Shown: piece by piece, positions 26,638-35,687 of the stretch
Layout: every line of letters starts with the position of its first letter
Numbering within the stretch: the first letter of the stretch is position 1
Translations under genes and position numbers: made by a program
Assembly (NCBI GenBank): GCA_000992395.1
Contig: LBUD01000001.1
Span: 1 to 41,723 of the forward strand
Direction: 5' to 3'
DNA: 41,723 nucleotides
Source of the DNA: Parcubacteria group bacterium GW2011_GWA2_38_13
Lineage (GTDB): Bacteria; Patescibacteriota; Patescibacteriia; Buchananbacterales; GWA2-38-13
The notes under the pieces: generated by a model
Database searches by the model: none
The model's input: only the letters and a program-made list of their open reading frames with translations
Told to the model about the DNA's origin: nothing

Positions 26638-27897
26638 ATGAATAATAAAAAGCTTACAATATTAGAAATCGGAACAACGGACACAAAGGGTGGCGCTGCT
26701 TTGGTGTCGTGGGAGCTTAAAAGCATGCTTGAAAAACTCGGGCATGAAGTATATATGGCCGTAGGCTTTAAACGATCGGCTGATCCAAAAATTTTTGACC
26801 TCTTTGATGCTCCGTTAAACCGTCTCATTTCAAAAATTATCCATAAAAATTTTTATCAAAGACTCTCGCACCACATCGCATATCATAGATCAAATGATAT
26901 TTCCATCCCGTTTGCGAAAAAAATTTCTCATCTTAAAATATTGAAGGATACAGATGTTATCCACGCGCACAATCTTCATTCAAATTTTTTTAATCTTAGA
27001 GAGCTCCCCAGGCTATCCAATCAAAAACCCTTTGTCTGGACGCTGCATGATATGTGGGCATTCACCGGCCATAACGCATATACATTCGATTGCGAACACT
27101 GGCAGAGTGGCGGCTGCGCTTGCGATTTACCGGATTCAATACCGCCGCATAAAAGGAATAATACGCAATATCTCTGGGATAAGAAAAAAAAAATATTTGA
27201 AAAATCAAAACTTCACATTGTTGTTCCTTCCCAATGGCTGTATAATCTCGTAAAAAAAAGCATCCTTAAGCACCAGCCATTGACATTAATCTATAACGGC
27301 ATAGATACCGATACATATTATCCAAAGGATAAAAAATCAACGAGAGAAAAACTGGGGTTGCCATTGGATAAAAAAATTATTATGTTTTCCAGCAAAGCCG
27401 GAAAAAAATTTATAAGAAAAGGATGGGATTATGCTGAAAAAATTATTGAAGACCACAGACTTGATGATACAATTTTATTTTTATGCATCGGAGGCAAAGA
27501 ATCGGAAAGTATACGAAAAAATATCAAATATATCCCTTACATTTCGGATCCGCACCTTTTAGCTGAATATTATTCAGCCAGCGACGTATTAATATTTACC
27601 TCTATTGCTGAAAATTGCCCATTGACAGTGCTTGAAGCCATGGCATGCGGTTTGCCGGTACTCGCATTTGCCACCGGCGGTATCCCGGAACTTATCGTGC
27701 ATAAAAAAACCGGCTACGTTGCCGAGTATAAAAACAAAAATGATCTTCAGGCTGGCTTTGAATACCTCATTACCATGCCTCAGGACAAATCCAATAGCAT
27801 GACAGAAGAATGCCGAAAAAGAGTCGTGCGCAATTTCAGTCTTCCAAACATGACGCAACAATACCTAAATCTTTATCAAAAAATTCTCTATGCGTAA
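26638..27897 (+). CDS. Glycosyltransferase family 4 (GT-B, retaining-type)
   Basis: C-terminal SIAENCPLTVLEAMACGLPVLAFATGGIPELI (E-x7-E region). N-terminal ILEIGTTDTKGGAA. Confidence 0.85.
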   Translation: MNNKKLTILEIGTTDTKGGAALVSWELKSMLEKLGHEVYMAVGFKRSADPKIFDLFDAPLNRLISKIIHKNFYQRLSHHIAYHRSNDISIPFAKKISHLKILKDTDVIHAHNLHSNFFNLRELPRLSNQKPFVWTLHDMWAFTGHNAYTFDCEHWQSGGCACDLPDSIPPHKRNNTQYLWDKKKKIFEKSKLHIVVPSQWLYNLVKKSILKHQPLTLIYNGIDTDTYYPKDKKSTREKLGLPLDKKIIMFSSKAGKKFIRKGWDYAEKIIEDHRLDDTILFLCIGGKESESIRKNIKYIPYISDPHLLAEYYSASDVLIFTSIAENCPLTVLEAMACGLPVLAFATGGIPELIVHKKTGYVAEYKNKNDLQAGFEYLITMPQDKSNSMTEECRKRVVRNFSLPNMTQQYLNLYQKILYA

Positions 27898-28861
27898 ATT
27901 TCCGATGGGAATTATGTTCCATCATTTTCATAATAACCGGCATTATGGGGGGCAGGGTTCTATATCAAAAAAAGATTTTGAAAAAATTATTCATTATATT
28001 AAACCCTGGCGAATACTTGATCCCCATGACTGGATAGAACGAGTCAATCGGGGTCTATTGACAAAGAATGATCTTTGCCTGACTTTTGACGACGCGCTCC
28101 TGTGCCAATATGAAATAGCCCTGCCGATTTTAGAGAAATACAATCTCAGAGCGTTTTGGTTTGTATATTCATCCGTATTTGAGGGGGGGCTTGGCAAATT
28201 TGAAATATATCGCCTGTTCAGGTCAAAATTTTTTAAAAACATGGATGATTTTTATAAACTTTTTTTCTCAAAAATCCAAAATTCAAGGTTTGAAAAATCA
28301 GCACGGCTCAAAATATCTCAAGTCGATATTGACCGTTTCCAATATGCTTTTCCGCATTATTCAGTAAACGACATCAGATTTCGCATGGTGAGAGATAAAA
28401 TATTAAACCGCAATGAGTACGAATCAATTATGGATGGAATAATCCGAAAAAAAGGGCTTACCGCAGAGCATCTTGCGAAAAATTTATGGATGACAAACAA
28501 GCACCTTAAAGACCTCAGCGATCATGGCCATGCCATAGGTCTTCATTCTTACACCCATCCAATGATTATGGGCAGTCTTTCATTTTCCACGCAAAAAGAG
28601 GAATATCAAAAAAATTTTAATCATATAGTCGAGATAACCGGCAAGCCTCCCCTCTCCATGTCACATCCGGACAATTCTTATAATGACCATACCCTCAAAA
28701 TCTTAAAACAACTAAAAATTATTTGTGGATTTCGATCCAACAAATCTCCTCCCAACCGCGGAAAAGTTAATCAAAGTCAATATGAATTAGCCCGTGAGGA
28801 CCATACGCATATAATAAAACTAATTAATAAACGAAAAAGTTATGAAAATAAACAGTCATAA
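27890..28861 (+). CDS. Polysaccharide deacetylase (NodB-homology / CE4-like)
   Basis: CLTFDDALLCQYEIALPILEKYNLRAFWFV (TFDD motif) and GLHSYTHP metal-binding His motif. Overlaps both neighbours. Confidence 0.75.
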   Translation: MRKFPMGIMFHHFHNNRHYGGQGSISKKDFEKIIHYIKPWRILDPHDWIERVNRGLLTKNDLCLTFDDALLCQYEIALPILEKYNLRAFWFVYSSVFEGGLGKFEIYRLFRSKFFKNMDDFYKLFFSKIQNSRFEKSARLKISQVDIDRFQYAFPHYSVNDIRFRMVRDKILNRNEYESIMDGIIRKKGLTAEHLAKNLWMTNKHLKDLSDHGHAIGLHSYTHPMIMGSLSFSTQKEEYQKNFNHIVEITGKPPLSMSHPDNSYNDHTLKILKQLKIICGFRSNKSPPNRGKVNQSQYELAREDHTHIIKLINKRKSYENKQS

Positions 28862-29975
28862 TGAATGGGATAAGCTCCGAGAGATTATTGTCGGCAGGGC
28901 TGAAGGCCAGACATGCCTGACCTACCCGGAATCCGAAACTTTAACCGAGGAACTTTTAGAAAAATCTACCAAGTTGGCACGAGAGGCTTTTCCGCAATGG
29001 CTGGTAGACGAAATACGCGAAGACCTGGATGGCTTATCAAAAACGCTTGAATCCTTCGGGGTAAAGGTGCACAGACCAGATACTTCACATATTAACAAAC
29101 GATTTGAAACACCATTTTTCAGGGCTTCTGGCGATCATGTATATGACGTGAGAGATCTGCATCTGGTTGTTGGGAATACTGTCATTGAATCGCCGTCGCA
29201 AGAACAGCATCGGTACTTTGAAGCCATGGGGCTTTACGATATCTGGTATGAATATTTTAAAGAGGGCTTCCGCTGGATTTGCGGGCCGAAACCCAAGCTC
29301 AAAGGCGATTATATGATCACTTACTATGAAAACGGAAAAAACCAGTACGATGATGGGCAAAAATTCATCAAACTAAAAGAAAATGAGATACTTTTTGAAG
29401 CCGCAAATACCGTAAGGATGGGTAAAGATCTTTTATATCTTGTTTCTCGCTCTGGCAATGAACTTGGAGCTAAGTGGCTTCAGAGTATTTTGGGAGATGA
29501 ATATAGAGTTCATACTACTGATAAAATTTACCGCTCGAGCCATATTGATTCCACGGCGCTTTGTCTCCGTCCCGGGCTAGTGCTTTTGAATGGCGAGAGA
29601 GTAACCCCAGATACCTGTCCAAAAGTTTTCGATAAATGGGACAAGATATATTTTCATGACATTGTCCCCGCTCCAGAAAAAACAATTGAATTCCAAAACA
29701 AAATCAGAAAGGTTGTGTATCAAAAGCTTGCGGCGCTCAATATTAAAACCGGGCTTGATTCTATCAGTTCGGACTGGATCGGAATGAATATTTTGTCAGT
29801 TGATCCAAATACAGTCATTTTAGATAAACGCCAGGTTCCGATGATAAAAATGCTCGAAAAGCACGGGATAACCCCCGTTCCCATAAGTTTCAGACATTCT
29901 TATTTCATGGGAGGCATCCACTGCAGCACGCTTGATACGGTTAGGGATTCAAAGCTTGAAAGCTATTGCGATTGA
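28842..29975 (+). CDS. Amidinotransferase (arginine:X amidinotransferase; AGAT / StrB1 family)
   Basis: N-terminal INSHNEWDKLREIIVG. Central FEAANTVRMGKDLLYLVSRSGNELGAKWLQ...SSHIDST...LRPGLVL. C-terminal active-site GGIHCSTLD. All are hallmark blocks of glycine/inosamine-phosphate amidinotransferases as I recall them. Confidence 0.85.
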   Translation: MKINSHNEWDKLREIIVGRAEGQTCLTYPESETLTEELLEKSTKLAREAFPQWLVDEIREDLDGLSKTLESFGVKVHRPDTSHINKRFETPFFRASGDHVYDVRDLHLVVGNTVIESPSQEQHRYFEAMGLYDIWYEYFKEGFRWICGPKPKLKGDYMITYYENGKNQYDDGQKFIKLKENEILFEAANTVRMGKDLLYLVSRSGNELGAKWLQSILGDEYRVHTTDKIYRSSHIDSTALCLRPGLVLLNGERVTPDTCPKVFDKWDKIYFHDIVPAPEKTIEFQNKIRKVVYQKLAALNIKTGLDSISSDWIGMNILSVDPNTVILDKRQVPMIKMLEKHGITPVPISFRHSYFMGGIHCSTLDTVRDSKLESYCD

Positions 29976-29983
29976 TATATCCA

Positions 29984-30011
29984 TTGACAATATCAATGGG
30001 TGCATTATACT
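29984..30011 (+). promoter_or_regulatory. Sigma70-like promoter candidate (TTGACA-N16-TATACT) for the last + strand gene
   Basis: TTGACA at 29984-29989 and TATACT at 30006-30011. The -35 box is embedded in a perfect 7-bp inverted repeat: CCATTGA (29981-29987) / TCAATGG (29993-29999). Confidence 0.4.
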
Positions 30012-30062
30012 AATTAAAAGTCCTCACGTATTAAGTGGGAGATATAATAAAATGAAAATACT

Positions 30063-30782
30063 ATGAAAAATGATGAAACATTAAACGTAAATAAAAATAA
30101 TTGGGAAAATCTGTATTCTGAAAAAACGACTTTTTTGCAATATCCTGCGGATTGGATTATAAGATTCCATAATTTATATTTGAAAAAAAATCTACCAAGC
30201 GGAAAAGTGCTTGATTACGGATGCGGTACGGGCAACAATAGTATTTTCTTTCTTGACAAGGGATATGAGGTTTGGGGAATCGACGTAACCGAATCCTATA
30301 AGAAACTCGTTAAAGCCAATATGGAAAGCAGGGGCCACAACGTGTCTCTTATGGAAAAATTCGCTGTTCTCTCCCCCGATGCTAAACGATTGCCCTACGA
30401 AGACAACTTTTTTGATCTCATTGTCGCAAATCAGGTACTCTACTATCTGCCAACCGAAGAACATATTAAAAAAATCGTACAGGAATTCCACCGATGCCTG
30501 AAGCCGGGGGGTACGGTTTTTATCACCATGATGGGGCCAAAAAATTACTATATTGTGTATCATGCAAAACAGATTCTCAATAATAATGTATATGAAATTC
30601 ATTTCGATGATCCCAATGACCGGCTCAAGGGATATCGAGAATTTATCTATCTTGTGCGTGATGAAAGCGAGCTCTGCCACCTTTTCTCGGAATTCACACC
30701 GGTCAATATCGGGTATCTTGACCAAGGTTTATTCACAGTAAAATCAAATTTCCATTGGATTTTTGTGGGACAAAAAAAATAG
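30063..30782 (+). CDS. Class I SAM-dependent methyltransferase
   Basis: VLDYGCGTGNNSIFF (motif I); FDLIVANQVLYYL; LKPGGTVFITM. Ends with TAG. Confidence 0.8.
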   Translation: MKNDETLNVNKNNWENLYSEKTTFLQYPADWIIRFHNLYLKKNLPSGKVLDYGCGTGNNSIFFLDKGYEVWGIDVTESYKKLVKANMESRGHNVSLMEKFAVLSPDAKRLPYEDNFFDLIVANQVLYYLPTEEHIKKIVQEFHRCLKPGGTVFITMMGPKNYYIVYHAKQILNNNVYEIHFDDPNDRLKGYREFIYLVRDESELCHLFSEFTPVNIGYLDQGLFTVKSNFHWIFVGQKK

Positions 30783-30805
30783 ACAGTTGCTGGCACGGAT
30801 ATTTT

Positions 30806-30837
30806 AAAAGCTCCACCAAAATCGTGGAGCTTTTTTT
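30806..30837. terminator. Bidirectional intrinsic (Rho-independent) terminator between the convergent blocks
   Basis: AAAAGCTCCAC-CAAAATC-GTGGAGCTTTTTTT. The 8-bp stem is 30809-30816 / 30824-30831, flanked by an A-tract upstream and a T7 tract downstream. It lies between the stops at 30782 (+) and 30836 (-). Confidence 0.7.
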
Positions 30838-31693
30838 ATATTATTAAAATAAAAATAATTCCTAAAATTCCAAGCGCGAAAGCAATGTATTCTTCGATAA
30901 CAAATTTTTTATTTTCGTGAAAAAAAAACCAGCCTATAAAAATTGGGATAATTGTGCCAAAAATATTTTTCAACGGCAAAACAACTGATACGGAACCGCC
31001 AAGCTCAAAAACTCGATAGAGCGCCAAAAGCGCGCCTACAACACAAATGCTTAATGGAAATATTACAAACACATTTTTCAATTCAAGGCTTAATGGATTT
31101 TCCTTTAAAGTAATCATAAGAAATATTGACCCTAAAAAAGATCCTCCGTACCAACTTGCTAAAAATGTCTGATGAGAAACCGTGGAAGAAAAAATTTTTA
31201 GCAAAAAAGTGCTCACTCCGCCGATAATGACAATCACAAATATGTAATATAACCAACGCGATTGCGTTTTATTTTTGGCTGCATACGATGATTTGAATAT
31301 TCCCATAGACACGAAACACAGCGCAATGCCAACAATCTCAAGAGGGTTGAGCGTTTTTGCTTCCCTTAGAATAATTAAAGCCAAAATTACTGCCACGATA
31401 TCCACAAGTGGCAAAAACAAAGTGGTTTGGCTTAGGCTTGATTCTGTCGCTTTCCAAAAATAATAACTGGCAATGGCATTGAATATGCCCATAAAACCTA
31501 TAATGACCGCGGAAATGTCGAATGAAAATCCGCCTGAAAATAGGACATATGCCAATGCAAGCATCGCGGAAAATAAAAACTGATAAAATATCCCTAATGT
31601 TTTCTTTGGAAGAACATCAGTAAGCGCCTTTGTCAAAAACGAACTCCCAATCCCAAAAATTACCAAAAAAATAAAACCTATTTCCCAGCCCAT
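30836..31693 (-). CDS. Polytopic membrane protein, DMT/EamA-like permease (candidate lipid-linked sugar flippase)
   Basis: 285 aa, about 9-10 hydrophobic segments in two similar halves. GGGAGG Shine-Dalgarno (complement of 31700-31705) 6 nt upstream of the ATG. Family assignment is by architecture only. Confidence 0.45.
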   Translation of the reverse strand: MGWEIGFIFLVIFGIGSSFLTKALTDVLPKKTLGIFYQFLFSAMLALAYVLFSGGFSFDISAVIIGFMGIFNAIASYYFWKATESSLSQTTLFLPLVDIVAVILALIILREAKTLNPLEIVGIALCFVSMGIFKSSYAAKNKTQSRWLYYIFVIVIIGGVSTFLLKIFSSTVSHQTFLASWYGGSFLGSIFLMITLKENPLSLELKNVFVIFPLSICVVGALLALYRVFELGGSVSVVLPLKNIFGTIIPIFIGWFFFHENKKFVIEEYIAFALGILGIIFILII

Positions 31694-31732
31694 ATTTTTC
31701 CTCCCATGACATTAAAGTGCAAATTTTCCATA

Positions 31733-32797
31733 TTAAGATTTTTTTTCCAAGGAGTCAAGATGACGGAGCATCTTCTCTCCGAGTTTATGACATATCAGAT
31801 TATTCATAAAAAGCTCATATCCATTCTCTGCTATTTTTTGAATCGTTGTGTTATGGTGAAATGCCCAAAGGATAGTATTGGCCAAATCATCTGCATTTCC
31901 CGGCTTGAATGTAAGACAGGTTTCTCCTTCGCTTAACAATTCCATCACACCCGGATTCCTTGCAGTAATATAGGGAAGCTTAAGAGCAAGGCTTTCATAT
32001 GCTTTATGCGGAATCGTACGCTCCAATCTTTCGTGGGACGACAATTGCCCCAAGCTCAGATGGCATTTCTGCATTTCCAGCCGCAATTTCTCGTCTGATA
32101 AATATTCCGCAATAAGCGTTATATTTTTTATATTGAGCTCTTTGATTAATTTTTGTATCCCCCCAAGCTCCATACCGTTTGCCAACATCAAAAAATGGAT
32201 GGGATATTTTTCCAGAGCCTTTGCCGCTTTAACGGCAACGCAGCCGCCAGCTTCAGGCAAAAGGCGCCCACGAAACAATACGGTATATTTTTTATTTTTT
32301 TCAACTAAGGGCTGATAAAAAAAAATTTCTTCATCAACGCCTATCCAAGCGTGATAGAATTTCTTTTCCGGCAACTTATACATTTTTTTAAAATATTCAA
32401 TCTGATGCCTTGATTCAAGCATCGTAAACCAGGCGATTCGGCAAGCCAAAAAATCCAACAACCAATAATAATATCCTTTTAATGAAACGCGGCGAGCTAA
32501 ATTTCTTGAAATAATCAAACGCTCGTATACCGAGCAAAGCGCGTTATAAATCATTTTCTTTCTACAGAAAGGCCATAAAAAAATTATAATAAGTGGGCTA
32601 TCATACCCAACCATTACATAATCTACCTCCTTTGCATGCAATCGATATTTTTGAAGAATCTGAGAATACCTTAAAAAACCATGGATACCATGAAAAGAAT
32701 ATTCTATAATTTCCACATTATTTTTTCTTAATCCGCTTTTATATACTCCGTCCACAGATGAATGTATGGGAGCAAAACTAAAAAAAAGTATTTTCAT
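31733..32797 (-). CDS. GT-B fold glycosyltransferase (GT4/GT1-like)
   Basis: MKILFFSF... N-terminal Rossmann half. C-terminal FRGRLLPEAGG...IPHKAYESLALKLPYITA resembles the donor-binding region of GT-B enzymes. 20-nt overlap with the upstream gene. Confidence 0.6.
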   Translation of the reverse strand: MKILFFSFAPIHSSVDGVYKSGLRKNNVEIIEYSFHGIHGFLRYSQILQKYRLHAKEVDYVMVGYDSPLIIIFLWPFCRKKMIYNALCSVYERLIISRNLARRVSLKGYYYWLLDFLACRIAWFTMLESRHQIEYFKKMYKLPEKKFYHAWIGVDEEIFFYQPLVEKNKKYTVLFRGRLLPEAGGCVAVKAAKALEKYPIHFLMLANGMELGGIQKLIKELNIKNITLIAEYLSDEKLRLEMQKCHLSLGQLSSHERLERTIPHKAYESLALKLPYITARNPGVMELLSEGETCLTFKPGNADDLANTILWAFHHNTTIQKIAENGYELFMNNLICHKLGEKMLRHLDSLEKKS

Positions 32798-34139
32798 ATT
32801 TTTTTTCTTTACATTCTTGCTTGGTCTTCGGTTTTTGTAAAATCATCGATACCCCATATCCGCTTACGATACAGTATAGCGGGGCAAAAACAACGCGATA
32901 TCTGACATACCCGACTATACCTGCGGTTATAATAAAATAGCTTATTATAACAAGCGTCATTGAGCCGAATAATTTTATTTTATTTTTATACATATGCATT
33001 ATCCCCAAGAAAAAACAAAAAAATACAACGGTCTGAATAAAAAATAAAATTGGGGTTAAAAAATATTCTTTTTCCGCGTTTCTAAGGATACGCGTAAATC
33101 TCCCTGTCATGGTTTCTGAAAGCACCCAACCGTTTCCCATGGGAGATGGGATATGATACTGTGAAAAAATAATATTTTTAGGTGTTCCCAAAATCATATT
33201 TACGCTTCCTTTCAGGTGGTAGAAGAGATATTCAAAAGGGTGTTTTTTTATATAATTCATTGCCACTTTTTTTTGAATTTCTGATTTTAGGAACATATTT
33301 TCCGTTCCATCAAGGGCCTTGCCCAAAAGCTCCTCTTTCGACGCCTCCATGCTCTTGTTTTCTAATATAGATTTTACTTTTGCCGCATTGTATTCCATAA
33401 GGTTGTAGCCTTCAATACTTGTTATAGAATAATACCCAAAATTAATATAATTCCTTATTTGCCACGGAAATAATATTAATAAAAAAATAAATAGATACAA
33501 TATGCATCTACCAATACTCTCAAAAAGGCGATAATATGGAAAGAATAAAAATGGTATTATAAAAATCGGAAGGTATTGAGATACAGGCCTTATAAGTGTT
33601 GCCAAACCAAGCAATGCTGCGCTTATTATAACGAAAGAAAGGTTCCCATATTTAATCGCTTTAATAAGAAAAAATATTGACAGAGAAAAAATACAAACAA
33701 AGATTGTTTCGGCCATCAATTGTGTGGCCAAAATTGAAGCTAAGATATTTATTGAGTATAAAAAAGATGCTATCAACCCTGCCCGATGGGATTGAAATAT
33801 TTCTTTTGAAGTAAAATAAATTACAATGCCTGTCGCCACATCAATTATTATCTGAAATAACAGCGTGAGCCAAATCTTTATTCCAAAAATATAAAAAATT
33901 ATTGCTAAAAAAATAGGATATACAGGAGTTCGAAAACCATCGAATGATTGAAAAGATTTATTTGTCAGCAAATCTATCGCAAGCCGATAGTACTGGGTCG
34001 CATCCGAGACAAGAACGCTTTGCGTAACTGCCGAGCCTTTCCACGGCTGCAACGCAAAAAAGAAAATAATCCGCACCAAAAAAGCAAGGATAATTATATA
34101 CAACAAATGTTTATTATAAATAATGTTATTTTTTTTCAT
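32778..34139 (-). CDS. GT-C fold membrane glycosyltransferase (ArnT/PMT_2, family 39/83-like)
   Basis: Start at M19 (34139) is preceded by a GAGGA SD-like element; the longer ORF runs to 34193. Has 10 or more TM segments. The first-loop motif [15 protein letters not shown] is typical of ArnT/PMT-like enzymes. Confidence 0.65.
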   Translation of the reverse strand: MKKNNIIYNKHLLYIIILAFLVRIIFFFALQPWKGSAVTQSVLVSDATQYYRLAIDLLTNKSFQSFDGFRTPVYPIFLAIIFYIFGIKIWLTLLFQIIIDVATGIVIYFTSKEIFQSHRAGLIASFLYSINILASILATQLMAETIFVCIFSLSIFFLIKAIKYGNLSFVIISAALLGLATLIRPVSQYLPIFIIPFLFFPYYRLFESIGRCILYLFIFLLILFPWQIRNYINFGYYSITSIEGYNLMEYNAAKVKSILENKSMEASKEELLGKALDGTENMFLKSEIQKKVAMNYIKKHPFEYLFYHLKGSVNMILGTPKNIIFSQYHIPSPMGNGWVLSETMTGRFTRILRNAEKEYFLTPILFFIQTVVFFCFFLGIMHMYKNKIKLFGSMTLVIISYFIITAGIVGYVRYRVVFAPLYCIVSGYGVSMILQKPKTKQECKEKKYENTFF

Positions 34140-35685
34140 GGTAGTCTTCCTCGGTGTTAACGGCCCATATATTTTCTTTTGATTGAATGCCATTAATAAT
34201 ATTGTCTACGGCAACCATGGCTGTCAGCATAGAATGATCCATGTTGTTATATTTATGCATACCGTTTCTTCCTATTAATATAAGATTTTCAAACGTATCA
34301 AGATATTCCCTTATCTCCCCAAAGCGTTCATATGACCCAAAATAAGCAGGATATGTTTTTTCCACCCGCACGACATGTGTTTCGATAATATTTTTTTTGT
34401 CAACAATACCGATACTCGCAAGTTCGTCCGAAGCAAGCATAATCATTTCGTCATCACTTTTTTTCCAAATAGCATCGTTTTTTGTGCAAAAATATTCCAG
34501 GCTCAATAAAACGTTCTCATGGTTTTTCACAAGATATGGGCTCATATTATTGCATATCTGTATCCTGCCCACTTTTACGTCGTGTTCTTGTATATAAAGC
34601 CAATTATCTTTTATTGGCAAGCCGTCGCTGTCTTTCAATATTAATCCTTTTACCATCATCACAACAAGCACCATATCGCGGTACATAAGACCTTCGCTTA
34701 TTTCCAATTTATCTTTCGGCGCATTTTTTATTCCGCGCACAAGCTCTTGAATTGGCATGGTTGAAAAAAAATAGTCGCCGATAAATTCTTTTTTCTCTTC
34801 ACCTCCGACATCCGCCACCGCCCCCTTTATAGTGTTTCCTTCGGATATAAAATTTTCAATGGCGTGATGAAACAAAATCTGACCACCCTTATTTTTAATT
34901 ATATTCGCGACTTCTTCCCACATTTGTCCTGCTCCAAATTTTGGATACATAAACTGCTCTACAAGCGAGGTTTCTTTATTTTTTTTGTTTAAATTACTAT
35001 TTTTTATAAATATTTTTTGCAACGCATCAATAAGTGCCTTTCGTATTGATAAACCCTTGACTCTTTGCGCACCCCACTCCGCGCTGATTTGCGAGCACGG
35101 AATACCCCATACCTTTTCAGTATATGATTCAAAAAAAGTAGAATAAAGTTCTTTCCCAAAACGGTTGATATAAAACTGCTCTAAATTTTTTTCATTTTGT
35201 ATGGGGAAAATAATGGCTTTTGCGTAGCTTAGGCCAATAATAAAAATTTTTATTACGCCCAATTTTTTCAACGTATCAATGCTTAAGCTAATCGGATAAT
35301 CAAAAAGTTTTCGTAGAAAATATATCCTTGTAATTCTTTGGCGTATCAGCATAACTTCTTGATTTTTTTCAGGATCAGGACCGTCCTCGCTCATAACTTT
35401 CATGCTCCTATGATGATACTGAACAGTTTCTGCGCGCCGCAATTTTTGAAGAGGCAATATATTAAACCACCAATTTGTAATCCTGTTTGATTTTGAAAAA
35501 AATCTATGAGGTCCAATATCGGATTTGTTGCCATCAAAGTCTATAGTCCGCGCGAGCCCGCCGATAAAAGAGCTTTTTTCTAAAATAATTGGCTTAATAT
35601 CTGTTCTTGTCAATAATTCGTACGCGGCTGTCAATCCTGCCGGTCCCGCTCCGATGATTATTGCTATTTTTTGTTTATTATCCAT
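34126..35685 (-). CDS. FAD-dependent UDP-galactopyranose-mutase-like flavoenzyme (long form)
   Basis: [18 protein letters not shown] dinucleotide-binding motif. [17 protein letters not shown] and C-terminal [16 protein letters not shown] resemble Glf/UGM blocks (GPHIFHT..., GRLxxYxYxxMD). ATG at 35685; an upstream TTG at 35691 is also possible. Confidence 0.65.
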   Translation of the reverse strand: MDNKQKIAIIIGAGPAGLTAAYELLTRTDIKPIILEKSSFIGGLARTIDFDGNKSDIGPHRFFSKSNRITNWWFNILPLQKLRRAETVQYHHRSMKVMSEDGPDPEKNQEVMLIRQRITRIYFLRKLFDYPISLSIDTLKKLGVIKIFIIGLSYAKAIIFPIQNEKNLEQFYINRFGKELYSTFFESYTEKVWGIPCSQISAEWGAQRVKGLSIRKALIDALQKIFIKNSNLNKKNKETSLVEQFMYPKFGAGQMWEEVANIIKNKGGQILFHHAIENFISEGNTIKGAVADVGGEEKKEFIGDYFFSTMPIQELVRGIKNAPKDKLEISEGLMYRDMVLVVMMVKGLILKDSDGLPIKDNWLYIQEHDVKVGRIQICNNMSPYLVKNHENVLLSLEYFCTKNDAIWKKSDDEMIMLASDELASIGIVDKKNIIETHVVRVEKTYPAYFGSYERFGEIREYLDTFENLILIGRNGMHKYNNMDHSMLTAMVAVDNIINGIQSKENIWAVNTEEDYHEKK

Positions 35686-35687
35686 AA

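Noticed and set aside
30192-30725. Long antisense ORFs: 177 aa here, also 6602-7174 (190 aa), 12498-13007 (169 aa), 4995-5423 (142 aa) and 3446-3778 (110 aa).
   Set aside because: Each lies fully inside a sense-strand gene with unmistakable enzyme motifs (SAM motif I, CxxxCxxC, NeuC and GmhA signatures). The antisense translations are low-complexity with no recognisable motifs. They are shadow ORFs typical of AT-rich DNA.
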